This document shows, one piece after another, positions 35,270 to 44,593 of a DNA stretch of 51,197 nt (position 1 is the first letter of the stretch; every line of letters begins with the position of its first letter). The notes beneath the pieces are model-generated. The model saw only the letters and a program-made list of their open reading frames with translations. It made no database searches and was not told the DNA's origin. The position numbers and the translations under genes are program-made. This DNA is from Alphaproteobacteria bacterium (GTDB lineage Bacteria; Pseudomonadota; Alphaproteobacteria; SHVV01), in the NCBI GenBank assembly GCA_009694095.1, contig SHVV01000002.1, forward strand, positions 1-51,197. Direction: 5' to 3'.

Positions 35270-35279
35270 GTCGCGGGCG

Positions 35280-35642
35280 CTACTCGTCGTCGTGTGCGCC
35301 GGGAAGACCGCGGATAAACTTGAACACGCCATCGACAATGCCAGAAGGAGCGCTGCCGACCGGGGACTTGCCCTCGAAATCGGGCGGCATCACTGAGGTG
35401 ATATGGACACCCCAGGCGACCGGCGAGGCGCCCGTTTTCGCTTTCGGCCCAACGCCGGGCGGATAGGTCACGCTCAGGGTGACGCAGGTGTTGCCGTTGT
35501 CAGGATCGGTCTCAGAGTCGCCGCTGTGGGTCGCTTCATTCGACGACGCGCCGGCGAGGAGACCATCGACGAAAACGACGACGGCGAACCCCTCGCCGAT
35601 GCTCAGGCCCTTGAAGCGCGCGCTATAGAAACCCTGTTTCAC
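35280..35642 (-). CDS. hypothetical protein (possibly GrlR-like/lipocalin-like small protein)
   Basis: 120-aa ORF with a GTG start. The N-terminus MKQGFYSARFKG...GEGFAVVVFVDGLLAG faintly resembles the GrlR-like family. It is the last gene on the acuI strand. Confidence 0.45.
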   Translation of the reverse strand: MKQGFYSARFKGLSIGEGFAVVVFVDGLLAGASSNEATHSGDSETDPDNGNTCVTLSVTYPPGVGPKAKTGASPVAWGVHITSVMPPDFEGKSPVGSAPSGIVDGVFKFIRGLPGAHDDE

Positions 35643-35678
35643 GTCGATCCTATGAGTTGGGTCCGAGCAGCGCGCGGG

Positions 35679-36674
35679 CTACGGACGAATCGAGATGACG
35701 GTTCGCCCGCGCACTTGTCCCTTAAGAATGTCCTCGGCCAGTCGCGGGATATCGTCGAACATCGCTACCTCAGTCATCGAGTCGAGCTTGGCGAGGTCGA
35801 GGTCGCGCGCCAAGCGCTGCCACGCCTCACGGCGTTTCTCTGCAGTCAAGATCACGGAGTTGATACCGAGAAGACTAACGCCGCGAAGAATGAACGGCAT
35901 GACGGTCGTCGGCAGGTTAAAACTTTCGACCAGGCCGCATGCGGCGACGGCGCCTTTTGCACGAGTTTGCCGCAACACGCTCGCCAACGTCTCGCCGCCA
36001 ACCGAATCGATCGCGGCTGCCCAGCGCTCGGAATCAAGCGGACGGCCCGACGGTTTGTTGAGCTCTTCGCGAGCGATGATCGTCGAAGCGCCGAGGCCCC
36101 GCAAATAGTCGTGGGCCGCCGCTCGGCCAGTCGATGCGGCGACTTTGTACCCGAGCTTGGCCAGCAGCGTGACTGCGACGCTGCCGACACCGCCGGCCGC
36201 ACCGGTGACGATCACTTCTTGCTGACTAGGTTTCACGCCGACTCGTTCGAGCGCAATCACCGCGAGCATCGCCGTGAACCCGGCGGTGCCGACTGCCATC
36301 GCCTGTTTGGCCGAGAGCGGTTGCGGGATTTTCACCGCCCAGTCGGCTGGAACGCGCGCTTTTTCCGCGTAGCCGCCCCAGTGCGTCTCCGAGAGACCGG
36401 CGCCACAGACCACCACCGGATCGCCGACCTTGAAAGCGGCCGAGGTCGAATGAGTCACCACACCGGCGAGGTCGATCCCGCAAATCATCGGGTACTTGCG
36501 AGCGATTTTACCCTTGCCACTAACCGCGAGTCCGTCCTTGTAGTTGAGAGTCGAATGGCTAACGTCGATGGCGATATCGCCAGCCGGCAGGCTATCGCTG
36601 TCCAGCGTTTGAAACCCGGACTTCACTAAGCCGTCGACCTGGTCGACGACGAGCGCCTTGAATTTCGTACCCAT
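35679..36674 (-). CDS. acuI: YhdH/AcuI-type NADPH-dependent acrylyl-CoA reductase (MDR superfamily)
   Basis: MGTKFKALVV...STLNYKDGLAVSGKG...ICGIDLAGVV and GAAGGVGS are typical of the YhdH/YhfP subgroup. Confidence 0.86.
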   Translation of the reverse strand: MGTKFKALVVDQVDGLVKSGFQTLDSDSLPAGDIAIDVSHSTLNYKDGLAVSGKGKIARKYPMICGIDLAGVVTHSTSAAFKVGDPVVVCGAGLSETHWGGYAEKARVPADWAVKIPQPLSAKQAMAVGTAGFTAMLAVIALERVGVKPSQQEVIVTGAAGGVGSVAVTLLAKLGYKVAASTGRAAAHDYLRGLGASTIIAREELNKPSGRPLDSERWAAAIDSVGGETLASVLRQTRAKGAVAACGLVESFNLPTTVMPFILRGVSLLGINSVILTAEKRREAWQRLARDLDLAKLDSMTEVAMFDDIPRLAEDILKGQVRGRTVISIRP

Positions 36675-36746
36675 CAATAAAACTCCAACTCGCTAAACGC
36701 CGAGCGCGTTCTTGTATCACTTAAACCAGCGGCGGTCTTTCATCGA

Positions 36747-37148
36747 TCAAGCGCCCTCGGGCAGCCATTCCTGCAGCACAAGTTCAAGGGTCACGAACAC
36801 CGGATTCGCGCCGCGCACGAACTCTCCGCCGTGGGGGTGTCCCGCTGAATCCGAAACCAGCCCATACACCCGCGCCTGAATCGCGCCAACGTCGTCGGGC
36901 GCGACCCGTCCCGAGGTCAGGGCAATCTCGAGGCCAGGTCCAATGATCGTTCGCTGCTCGCCGCTCGGCAGCCGCAGCGTCGCGTCGGTGAGGCTGCCCA
37001 CCGCAGACCGAACTTCGGCATGACGAATACCGTGATCGGCGCAGATCTTTTCAACGCTTTCGATGAGGTCGATATTCGGTCGAACCCGAACGCTTAGAAC
37101 GCGGGCGAACTTCCCCACTGTAACGCCCGGTTGATCCCCCCCGGTCAT
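36747..37148 (-). CDS. PPC (DUF296) domain protein
   Basis: 133 aa with PPC-like topology (GKFARVLSVRVRP..DLIESVEKICADHGI...GSLTDATL...GGEFVRGANPVFVTLELVL). The ATG overlaps the upstream stop (ATGA at 37145-37148). Confidence 0.72.
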   Translation of the reverse strand: MTGGDQPGVTVGKFARVLSVRVRPNIDLIESVEKICADHGIRHAEVRSAVGSLTDATLRLPSGEQRTIIGPGLEIALTSGRVAPDDVGAIQARVYGLVSDSAGHPHGGEFVRGANPVFVTLELVLQEWLPEGA

Positions 37149-37660
37149 GGTGTGCGCCGCGGTTCGAACAACGCGAAATTGGTCTCACTATCGAATGCTA
37201 CTTGGAAATGCGAAGTTCCCGTCGACGTCACAAAAGCCCGGGCGCCCGGGATCGCAACCGGACACTCGCCGCCAAGTAAATGCCCGCTCCGGACCTCTCC
37301 GCCCGGCAGCACGAAGACGGCATGACAGTGGGTACGAAAGGTCTTTGGATCGACGCGACCGAAAATTGCCGAACCGGCTAGGAGCATGACCGGACCGCCG
37401 GTACGTGTCGGCGCCGAGTGCGTCGCGATGCGGTAGCCGGTCGCGTCCGGTACACCGGTCACGAACCCGATGCGATCAAGGATCCCGCCGGCGAATCGAA
37501 TCGCGGCGCCTTCGATCCCACGAGCGGCAAGAATATCGTCGAACGCGCCCAGCAAATCCGCGCCAGCCTCGAGTTCGACGGCGAATTCGGCGGCCGCAGC
37601 CGACGGCTCCACCAGGATGCGTTGCTGGGCCGCGGGACCAGGATGGCGCAACAGTCTCAC
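37145..37660 (-). CDS. PPC (DUF296)-like domain protein, divergent paralogue
   Basis: The GTG start at 37660 overlaps the ligase stop (GTGA). The C-terminal half carries a PPC signature (LLAGSAIFG...HCHAVFVLPGGEVRSGHLLGGECPV). Upstream codons of the longest ORF overlap the ligase gene and were rejected. Confidence 0.6.
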   Translation of the reverse strand: MRLLRHPGPAAQQRILVEPSAAAAEFAVELEAGADLLGAFDDILAARGIEGAAIRFAGGILDRIGFVTGVPDATGYRIATHSAPTRTGGPVMLLAGSAIFGRVDPKTFRTHCHAVFVLPGGEVRSGHLLGGECPVAIPGARAFVTSTGTSHFQVAFDSETNFALFEPRRTP

Positions 37661-39240
37661 AGCGATTCGCCCACTTTGATATCGCCGCGCTCGTAAAGCT
37701 GCGACCGAATCAGATGCTTCGGGACTTTGCCATAGCCGGACTTGGGTATCTCGGCCCAGAAAAAAAAGCGGCGAGGGTGTTTGTAGCGGGCGATCTTGCC
37801 ATCGAGGAAGGCGGACAGATCCACCGCGCTGACGCGCGCCCCGGGGGCCGTGACGACGACGGCAACTCCCGACTCGCCCCACTTTGGATCGGGCACGCCG
37901 AGAATCGCCACCTCGGAAACCGCCAGATGAGCGAGAAGAACCTCCTCGACTTCGCGCGGATAGACGTTGGCGCCGCCAGAAATGTACATGTCGGACGCTC
38001 GTCCGGTTATGTAGACGAAACCCGCGTCATCGACGTGTCCCAGATCGCCGGTCCGAAACCAGCCGTCGCGAAACGATTTCGTATTGGCCTCTGGGTTGGC
38101 GTAGTAGCCCTTGAAAACGCCCAGCCCGCGCACGCAAATTTCACCCTGCTCGCGGTTCGGAAGCGGACAGCCGTCCGGATCGAAAATTCGTACTTCCATT
38201 CCGGTTCGCGGAATGCCGCACGTACCTATACGGGCGTCGGGGTCACGATCGTTAACGGTGTGCATTCGCGCCGGAAGATACGTGATACAGCCCGTCACTT
38301 CGCCCATGCCATAGTATTGGACCAAGACAGAACCCAGCTTGTTGAGGGCCGTCTTCTGGTCCTCGCGGTACATCGGCGCCCCCGCATAGATCACATGCCG
38401 AAGCGAAGAGTGGTCGTATTGGTCGACGGACGGATGTTCGGTCAAGAGTTTCACGATCGTCGGAACCGTGAACATGTTGGTAATTCGATGTTCCGCGACG
38501 AGGCGCCAGACTTCTTCCGGATCGAATTTGAACGATGAGAGCAAGACCGTTTTTGCGCCGCGCGCGACCTGTGGTGGCACATGAGCGCCAGCTCCATGCG
38601 AAAGCGGCGCCACCACTAGCGACGCATCTTCATGGGTGAGGTCGGGCATCAGATCGGCCAGCATGTTGGTAACGACGTAACCCATTTGGCCGTGCGTCAA
38701 CTCCGCGCCCTTTGAACGGCCAGTCGTTCCCGAGGTGTAGAACAACCAAAGCGGATCGTCGTAGTCAACGACGGCCTCGTCGCTGGATGCACCGCGATAC
38801 GCCGCCACCGCCTCTTCGTAGCTACATTCGCCCTCTCGTCGAGTTCCGAACGAGAAAACGTGCTTGAGCGACGGTGCGACCGCCCGGGCTGAATCAACGT
38901 GGGCCTCGAAGCCGGGGCCGTAGAAAGCAGCGATCGCGCCTGAGTTCTCCGCGATGTAAGCAATTTCGACCGGCGTCAGTCGAAAATTACAGGGTACCCA
39001 CACAGCTCCGAGTTTGAACGCGATCCACATGTGCTCGAACATCGTTGGCGAGTTCGCCGCGACGAGAAGCAAACGGTCGCCCTTACCGATCTTGAGCGCG
39101 CGAAGTGCAGCGACCATCGCGTTGACGCGCTCGTCGACTTCTCCCCAAGTCCGACGGTAACCACCTTGTATGATAGCGTCGCGTCCAGAATGAAGCCGGG
39201 CCGTATCGGAAAGAAGCCGGCCGAAGTTCATGACTCGCAT
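37657..39240 (-). CDS. AMP-dependent acyl-CoA synthetase/ligase
   Basis: It has the AMP-binding motifs LFYTSGTTGRSKG, YGMGE and TGDLGHVD..GFVYITGR. The start is at MRVMNFGRLL; the ATG at 39231 is an alternative. Confidence 0.88.
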   Translation of the reverse strand: MRVMNFGRLLSDTARLHSGRDAIIQGGYRRTWGEVDERVNAMVAALRALKIGKGDRLLLVAANSPTMFEHMWIAFKLGAVWVPCNFRLTPVEIAYIAENSGAIAAFYGPGFEAHVDSARAVAPSLKHVFSFGTRREGECSYEEAVAAYRGASSDEAVVDYDDPLWLFYTSGTTGRSKGAELTHGQMGYVVTNMLADLMPDLTHEDASLVVAPLSHGAGAHVPPQVARGAKTVLLSSFKFDPEEVWRLVAEHRITNMFTVPTIVKLLTEHPSVDQYDHSSLRHVIYAGAPMYREDQKTALNKLGSVLVQYYGMGEVTGCITYLPARMHTVNDRDPDARIGTCGIPRTGMEVRIFDPDGCPLPNREQGEICVRGLGVFKGYYANPEANTKSFRDGWFRTGDLGHVDDAGFVYITGRASDMYISGGANVYPREVEEVLLAHLAVSEVAILGVPDPKWGESGVAVVVTAPGARVSAVDLSAFLDGKIARYKHPRRFFFWAEIPKSGYGKVPKHLIRSQLYERGDIKVGESL

Positions 39241-39497
39241 TGCAACGACCGCCGTATCGGACGGCTCCAAGCGTGGTTAATATTCACCGTGCAAGAGTGG
39301 TTTGTATTAGCCATGAATAAATGTCCGCGCCAAGCACCTGATCGTTCGCAAGGGTCAAAAGCGACTGAAAATCCGTCAGGGTATTCCCGGAGGCATTCTG
39401 GCGCATTTTTTTTGGACGAGACCGGCAGTGCCGGAATAGAAAAATGACGAATTTCGAGCTGCTAATGGAGAAGCAATCGTAAGGATGTTTTTTGGTC

Positions 39498-39795
39498 ATG
39501 ACCAACGCTCGACCGACAGTGGCGGACTACTCTCAACAGAAAGTATATATCGTTGATGGCGATGCCGGAGTTCGACGACTGATTGCCGAAGTCGCGTCGC
39601 GCACTGGCCATCCAGTCGAGCAGTTTGCCACTGGTGGTGAATTTCTTCGAAGCCTCGATGCGAAAAGCGGAGGTTGCATTGTCCTCGACCTCCGCCTGCC
39701 GGACATGGGCGGACTAGACGTCCAACGACGTGTCCGCGAGCTAGGAAGTCAACTGCCCATCATCATTATCAGCGGCCATGCCGACGTCGAATCGG
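39498..39795 (+). pseudogene. 5' fragment of a FixJ/NarL-type response regulator gene (receiver domain truncated after alpha4)
   Basis: KVYIVDGDAGVRRLI...CIVLDLRLPDMGGLDV...PIIIISGHADVESA is followed by non-homologous sequence. The conserved Lys and the output domain are absent. Confidence 0.7.
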
Positions 39796-39898
39796 CGACG
39801 ACATCGGACCGCAAATGCTGCAATCCGTATCCCTCGCGCAGGACGGTCACCAACTTGGGCGTGAACAGCTCGACAAAGCTGGGGGCGGCACGCCGCAA
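39796..39898 (-). pseudogene. 5' fragment of a SulP-family transporter gene
   Basis: The minus-strand translation (L)RRAAPSFVELFTPKLVTVLREGYGLQHLRSDVVA matches the conserved cytoplasmic N-terminus of SulP permeases. It stops being SulP-like exactly where the response-regulator fragment ends. Confidence 0.55.
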
Positions 39899-39940
39899 CG
39901 TTCTCGACTAACTCGACGAAGTCCGCAAATCTCAGCTGCT

Positions 39941-41107
39941 CTATCGAAGCCGCTCCAAAATCGAAACGTAATTCGAGACGGCCGAGCCGCCCATATTGAA
40001 GACGCCGGCGATCCGCGGGTCCGGATGTTGAACGCCGACGGCTGTGCCGACGAGTTGCGCGGCCGCCATCACATGCATCGACACGCCGGTCGCGCCAATC
40101 GGATGACCTTTCGATTTAAGGCCGCCGGATAGATTCACCGGAAGTTTGCCGCCCGGTTCGGTCCAGCCCTCTTCGATCGCGCGCGCGCCGTCGCCTTCGG
40201 GCGTCAAACCCATCGCTTCGTACTCAAGTAGTTCGGCAATCGTAAAGCAGTCATGCGTTTCGACCAGCGAAAGATCGTCCAGCGTGACCCCGGCGCTTGA
40301 GAACGCGCGACTCCACGCGCGCCGGCCACCCTCCATCTTTAAGATGTCGCGGGACGTCATGGGCAGCAGGTCCTGCACATGTTCATGGGCACGGAACACG
40401 ATCGCCTTGTTCAGGCGAAGCGCCGTTTCGACATCCGCGAGCACGACGGCGGCCGCCCCGTCGGAGATCATCGAGCAATCGGTACGCTTGAGCGGTGCGA
40501 TAACGATCGGATTTTTTTCCGACTCATAGCGGCAAAACTCGAAGCCCAAGTCTTTTTGTATATGAGCAAGCGGATTGCGCGCGCCATTTTTGTGGTTCTT
40601 GGCGGCGATTTTCGCGATGGCGTCGGATTTGTCGCCGTAGCGCTGGTAGTAACGCTGCATCATTTGGGCGAACATGCCGGGGAAAGTGATGCCTTGGCTC
40701 GCCTCTTCCTTGACGTACGAGCACTTGGCAAGCGACGTTGTGACGTCCGCGGTCGGCGTCGCTGTCATTTTCTCGACGCCGACGGCTAAGACGATGCGCG
40801 CTTTCTTGGCCGCAATGGCGTTCAGTCCCTGGTAGATAGCGGCCGAACCGGTCGCACACGCGTTTTCCACCCGCGTAGCGGGCGTGAAACGCAAGCGCGG
40901 GTCGACTTGCAGCACGAGCGAGGCGGCGAATTCCTGCGGATCCATGCCACCGTTAAAAAAACCGAGATAAATCGCATCGATGTCGGTGGCTTCGATCCCG
41001 GCGTCGGCGATCGCTTCCGTGGCGGCCGCCCGAATGAGCCCCTCGAGATCCATCGAGTCAAGTTTGCCGAAACGCGTGTGGCCCCAGCCGACGATACAAG
41101 AAGTCAT
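39941..41107 (-). CDS. thiolase-like protein (SCP2/nonspecific lipid-transfer-type thiolase)
   Basis: The start is at MTSCIVGWGHTRFGK, with GGGAGGG upstream. It has NACATGS (active-site Cys) and a C-terminal GGLKSKGHPIGATG. Confidence 0.85.
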   Translation of the reverse strand: MTSCIVGWGHTRFGKLDSMDLEGLIRAAATEAIADAGIEATDIDAIYLGFFNGGMDPQEFAASLVLQVDPRLRFTPATRVENACATGSAAIYQGLNAIAAKKARIVLAVGVEKMTATPTADVTTSLAKCSYVKEEASQGITFPGMFAQMMQRYYQRYGDKSDAIAKIAAKNHKNGARNPLAHIQKDLGFEFCRYESEKNPIVIAPLKRTDCSMISDGAAAVVLADVETALRLNKAIVFRAHEHVQDLLPMTSRDILKMEGGRRAWSRAFSSAGVTLDDLSLVETHDCFTIAELLEYEAMGLTPEGDGARAIEEGWTEPGGKLPVNLSGGLKSKGHPIGATGVSMHVMAAAQLVGTAVGVQHPDPRIAGVFNMGGSAVSNYVSILERLR

Positions 41108-41450
41108 ATCGCACCCTCCCTTCGCTCTTGCGAATAGTAGGCGCGCCGCCGCTCTGCGACCAGGGGCTGGTTCTCGACCAGAATCCAGGCTAGGCGGCCA
41201 GCTCACGATAGTCCGGGAAATCCCCGACACTGCTCCCTATTCGACCCGGTTGGCGAGGTCTGGAGCGATGGCGATAATAGCCGATAGCAACGATGCGCCG
41301 CGGACCAACATTAAGAGCCAACAGAAATCATGGCGCGAGCGTCATGGCCAAAATGCAGGCGGCAAGTTTTGCCGACTTGATCGAATCGGCCACGCTCTTC
41401 ATCGATCGACCGTCAACAGCTGAAAACGCTGCGCCAGCAGAGCCGTCACC

Positions 41451-42821
41451 CTAACTCGAAGCGTTGCGAGCCATCCGGTCGGAGGAGCTAAAATCAGTCG
41501 ACTCAGTGAAGCGAAGTCGATGCCCCGCCGGTTCGCCGAGCACCTCGCCCTGCAGCATGACGGCACGTCCGCGAATAATCGTCGCGACCGGCCAGCCAGT
41601 GACGGTGCGGCCTTCGAATGGCGACCAACCGCACCTACTCGCCAGCCAGTCGGCTGTGATCGTCCGCTTCGCTTGCAGGTCGACAATCGTAAAATCGCCG
41701 TCGTAACCAACCCGAATCGCTCCTTTGCGGGCGATTCCGAAGGCCCGGGCCGGGCCGGCCGCCGTCAAGTCCGTGAAGCGTCGAAGAGTCAACCGGCCGG
41801 CGGCGACGTGATCGAGCATCAGCGGAACCAAGGTCTGAACGCCCGGCATGCCCGAGGGTGATTCAGGATAAGGCTTCGACTTTTCTGCAATCGTGTGCGG
41901 TGCGTGATCGGAGCCAAGGACGTCGACAAGCCCATCGGCGATGGCGCGCCACAATCGCTCTTGGTGAACGACGTCACGGATAGGCGGGTTCATCTGCGCG
42001 CGTGTTCCAAGCGCCGCGTAGCAGTCCGGTGCGACCAGCGACAGATGCTGCGGCGTCACTTCGATCGTGGCGATGTCGCGATGTCCGATGAGGAAGTCGA
42101 TTTCTTGTCCAGTCGTGACGTGGAGAACGTGGACCCGCCGGCCTGCCAACCGAGCCAACGCGAGCAAGCGGCTGGTGGCTTGGAACGAGCTTTGCTCATC
42201 GCGCCACTCGGGATGCGCCGAGACGTTGCCGGCAGCTTCGGCGATGCTTCGGCGGTCCTTGAGCCGCTGATCGTCCTCGCAGTGAACCGCCACTCGCCGC
42301 CGACCGGAGGCCAACACTTTCCGCAGCGCTTCGTCATCGGGAACCAACAGATCGCCCGTCGACGAGCCCATGAATACCTTGATGCCCGCGCAAGCCGGCA
42401 TCTGCTCGAGCACCGCGAGCTGGTCGGCGTTTTGCGGCGTCGCCCCGACATAAAGAGCGAAATCGCACCACGATCGTTTGCGAACTGCGCGGAACTTAGC
42501 CTCGTACGTCGCTTCATCGACGATCGCCGGTTTGGTGTTCGGCATGTCGAAAATCGCCGTTACGCCGCCTTTGACGGCAGCGTGCGTTCCCGATTCGAAG
42601 TCTTCCTTGTGCGTCAATCCGGGTTCGCGAAAGTGGACCTGGGTATCGATCACCCCGGGCAGAACGTGCAGCCCGCGCGCTTCAATAACGGTCGCGGCCG
42701 TCGCACGCCCGAGCGCTCCAATCGTGGCGATTCGACCGTCGAGTACCGCAACATCGGCTTGTTCTTCGCCACCCGGCGTTATCAGTGTTCCGCCGCGAAC
42801 GACGAGGTCAAATGCCGCCAT
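41451..42821 (-). CDS. dihydroorotase-like cyclic amidohydrolase (dihydroorotase/allantoinase family)
   Basis: The start is at MAAFDLVVRGG, with GGAGG upstream. It has PGVIDTQVHFREPG, a KGG.. segment that includes the expected carboxylated Lys, and DHAPH. Confidence 0.8.
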   Translation of the reverse strand: MAAFDLVVRGGTLITPGGEEQADVAVLDGRIATIGALGRATAATVIEARGLHVLPGVIDTQVHFREPGLTHKEDFESGTHAAVKGGVTAIFDMPNTKPAIVDEATYEAKFRAVRKRSWCDFALYVGATPQNADQLAVLEQMPACAGIKVFMGSSTGDLLVPDDEALRKVLASGRRRVAVHCEDDQRLKDRRSIAEAAGNVSAHPEWRDEQSSFQATSRLLALARLAGRRVHVLHVTTGQEIDFLIGHRDIATIEVTPQHLSLVAPDCYAALGTRAQMNPPIRDVVHQERLWRAIADGLVDVLGSDHAPHTIAEKSKPYPESPSGMPGVQTLVPLMLDHVAAGRLTLRRFTDLTAAGPARAFGIARKGAIRVGYDGDFTIVDLQAKRTITADWLASRCGWSPFEGRTVTGWPVATIIRGRAVMLQGEVLGEPAGHRLRFTESTDFSSSDRMARNASS

Positions 42822-42841
42822 CCACCCCTCCTGCCAATTTC

Positions 42842-44593
42842 TTAGTTCGCCAACGCTTCGAAAACATCGCCGCCGGACACAACTCCCTCGATATGCGCAC
42901 GGTGCCATAGGGCGTAGAACAGCAACGTCCAAGCAGCCAACCCGACATGCTTGCCCTCGGCCCTAAATAGCGCCGCTACATCGCGGGCCCGGCAGATCTC
43001 GGCGATCGCCGGCTGACGAGCGACGAGCTGACCGAGTTGCGCGCCTTTCTCCGCGATCCACTCCGCGACCGGCACCGTGAAGCCGCGCTTCCGGGCAAAG
43101 GGCTTCGCCTCCGGAAGGTGTTCTGCAAGCCATCGGCGCAGGAGGTACTTGCCCTTGCCGCGCGACACCTTGAGCCGATCTGGCAGCCGGAAGGCGACTT
43201 CGGCGACGACCGGATCGAGGAACGGGGTGCGTCCTTCGAGCCCGTGCGCCATCAGACAACGATCAAGCTTGATCAGAAGATCGTTGGGCAGCCAATCGGC
43301 GCCATCGATCGCCTGCGCGATCTGCAACGGTGTCCGACCCGCGATCCTGGCGGCGCTTTCTGCGTCGGCAACGCCGTCGCGCCATCCGGCCGTATCGGCG
43401 GTAAGAACATCGAGGCCGTCGAGAATCCCGCGCGGCCGCATGACGCGGCCGCCGAGCCACCACGGCTTGAGCATCGACCGATAGCGTCCGTAGCCGGCAA
43501 AAAGCTCGTCCCCTCCCTCGCCAGTCAGGACGACCTTGACGTCCTTTGCCGCCTCGCGCGCAAGCTTGTAGGTCGGGACGATCGCGTAGTCGGCGGCCGG
43601 ATCGTCGACAGCTGCCGCGATCGCCGGCAGCATGGTCCAAAAATCGCGCGAATCGACCTCTACCTCGACATGAGTGGCCCCGACTTTCTTGGCCAGCGCG
43701 CGCGCATGCTCGCGTTCGTCGTGAACCCGACCAGAGAAGCCCGCCGTGTAGGCGATCACCGGCTGGTCGTTGAGTTCGGCCATCAGCGCCAAGAGTACCG
43801 AGCTATCGATGCCGCCCGACAGGAACATCCCGTAGGGAACGTCGGCTCGTTGATGGACGAGGACGCTATCGCGAAGCGCCCCGTCCAGTCGCTCGAGCGC
43901 TTCGGCTTCGCTCGCGTCGAAAGGCCCTTGTTCGGAGAGTGCCGCTCGGCGCGACCGTTCGACGATCCGTCCGCCGCTCACCACCAGCGTTTCGCCCGGG
44001 AGAACCCGCTTGATGTCGGCGAAAATCGTGTCCGGTCCGGTGGTGAACTGAAGTTGCAGCAATTCGTTTCGCTGCCGTTCCGCTACCTGGCGGCGTGCAT
44101 AGCCCGCTGCGAGCAGCGCGCGCGGCTCCGATGCGAACGCCAAACCGTCATCCGACTGAACGTAGTAGAGCGGCTTGATCCCAAACGGATCGCGCATCAA
44201 CAGCAAGCGCTTCCGCACCGGATCATGCAACGCGATCGCATACATGCCGCGCAACTGGGCGGCGAGCCCGACGCCGTCTCGCTCGTAACAGTACAACGGC
44301 GGTTCGCAATCGGAGTTGGTCATGAAGTCGACGCGGCCGAAATCGCGCCGCAACTCGAGATAGTTGTAGATCTCGGCATTGGCGACGATCGTCGTTCCAG
44401 ACGAATCGGTGATCGGCTGCGCGCCCCCGGCGAGATCGATGATCGCAAGACGTCGATGCGCAATCGCGACGTTGTCTTTGACATAAAGTCCTTCACCGTC
44501 TGGACCACGATGGTTGAGCGTATCGGCCATTTGATCGATTCGCGCCATGTCCGGCGGCGCGATAGCCGTCATCGCGCCGGCTATCCCGCACAT
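42842..44593 (-). CDS. asnB: asparagine synthase (glutamine-hydrolysing) family amidotransferase
   Basis: The start is at MCGIAGAM (Ntn Cys2). It has the PP-loop SGGIDSS. It is embedded in a glycosyltransferase operon. Confidence 0.86.
   Translation of the reverse strand: MCGIAGAMTAIAPPDMARIDQMADTLNHRGPDGEGLYVKDNVAIAHRRLAIIDLAGGAQPITDSSGTTIVANAEIYNYLELRRDFGRVDFMTNSDCEPPLYCYERDGVGLAAQLRGMYAIALHDPVRKRLLLMRDPFGIKPLYYVQSDDGLAFASEPRALLAAGYARRQVAERQRNELLQLQFTTGPDTIFADIKRVLPGETLVVSGGRIVERSRRAALSEQGPFDASEAEALERLDGALRDSVLVHQRADVPYGMFLSGGIDSSVLLALMAELNDQPVIAYTAGFSGRVHDEREHARALAKKVGATHVEVEVDSRDFWTMLPAIAAAVDDPAADYAIVPTYKLAREAAKDVKVVLTGEGGDELFAGYGRYRSMLKPWWLGGRVMRPRGILDGLDVLTADTAGWRDGVADAESAARIAGRTPLQIAQAIDGADWLPNDLLIKLDRCLMAHGLEGRTPFLDPVVAEVAFRLPDRLKVSRGKGKYLLRRWLAEHLPEAKPFARKRGFTVPVAEWIAEKGAQLGQLVARQPAIAEICRARDVAALFRAEGKHVGLAAWTLLFYALWHRAHIEGVVSGGDVFEALAN

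Noticed and set aside
39284-39505. 73-aa minus-strand ORF in the AT-richer ligase / response-regulator intergenic region.
   Set aside because: The translation (…CFSISSSKFVIFLFRHCRSRPKK…) is not protein-like. The region is better explained as a divergent promoter region.
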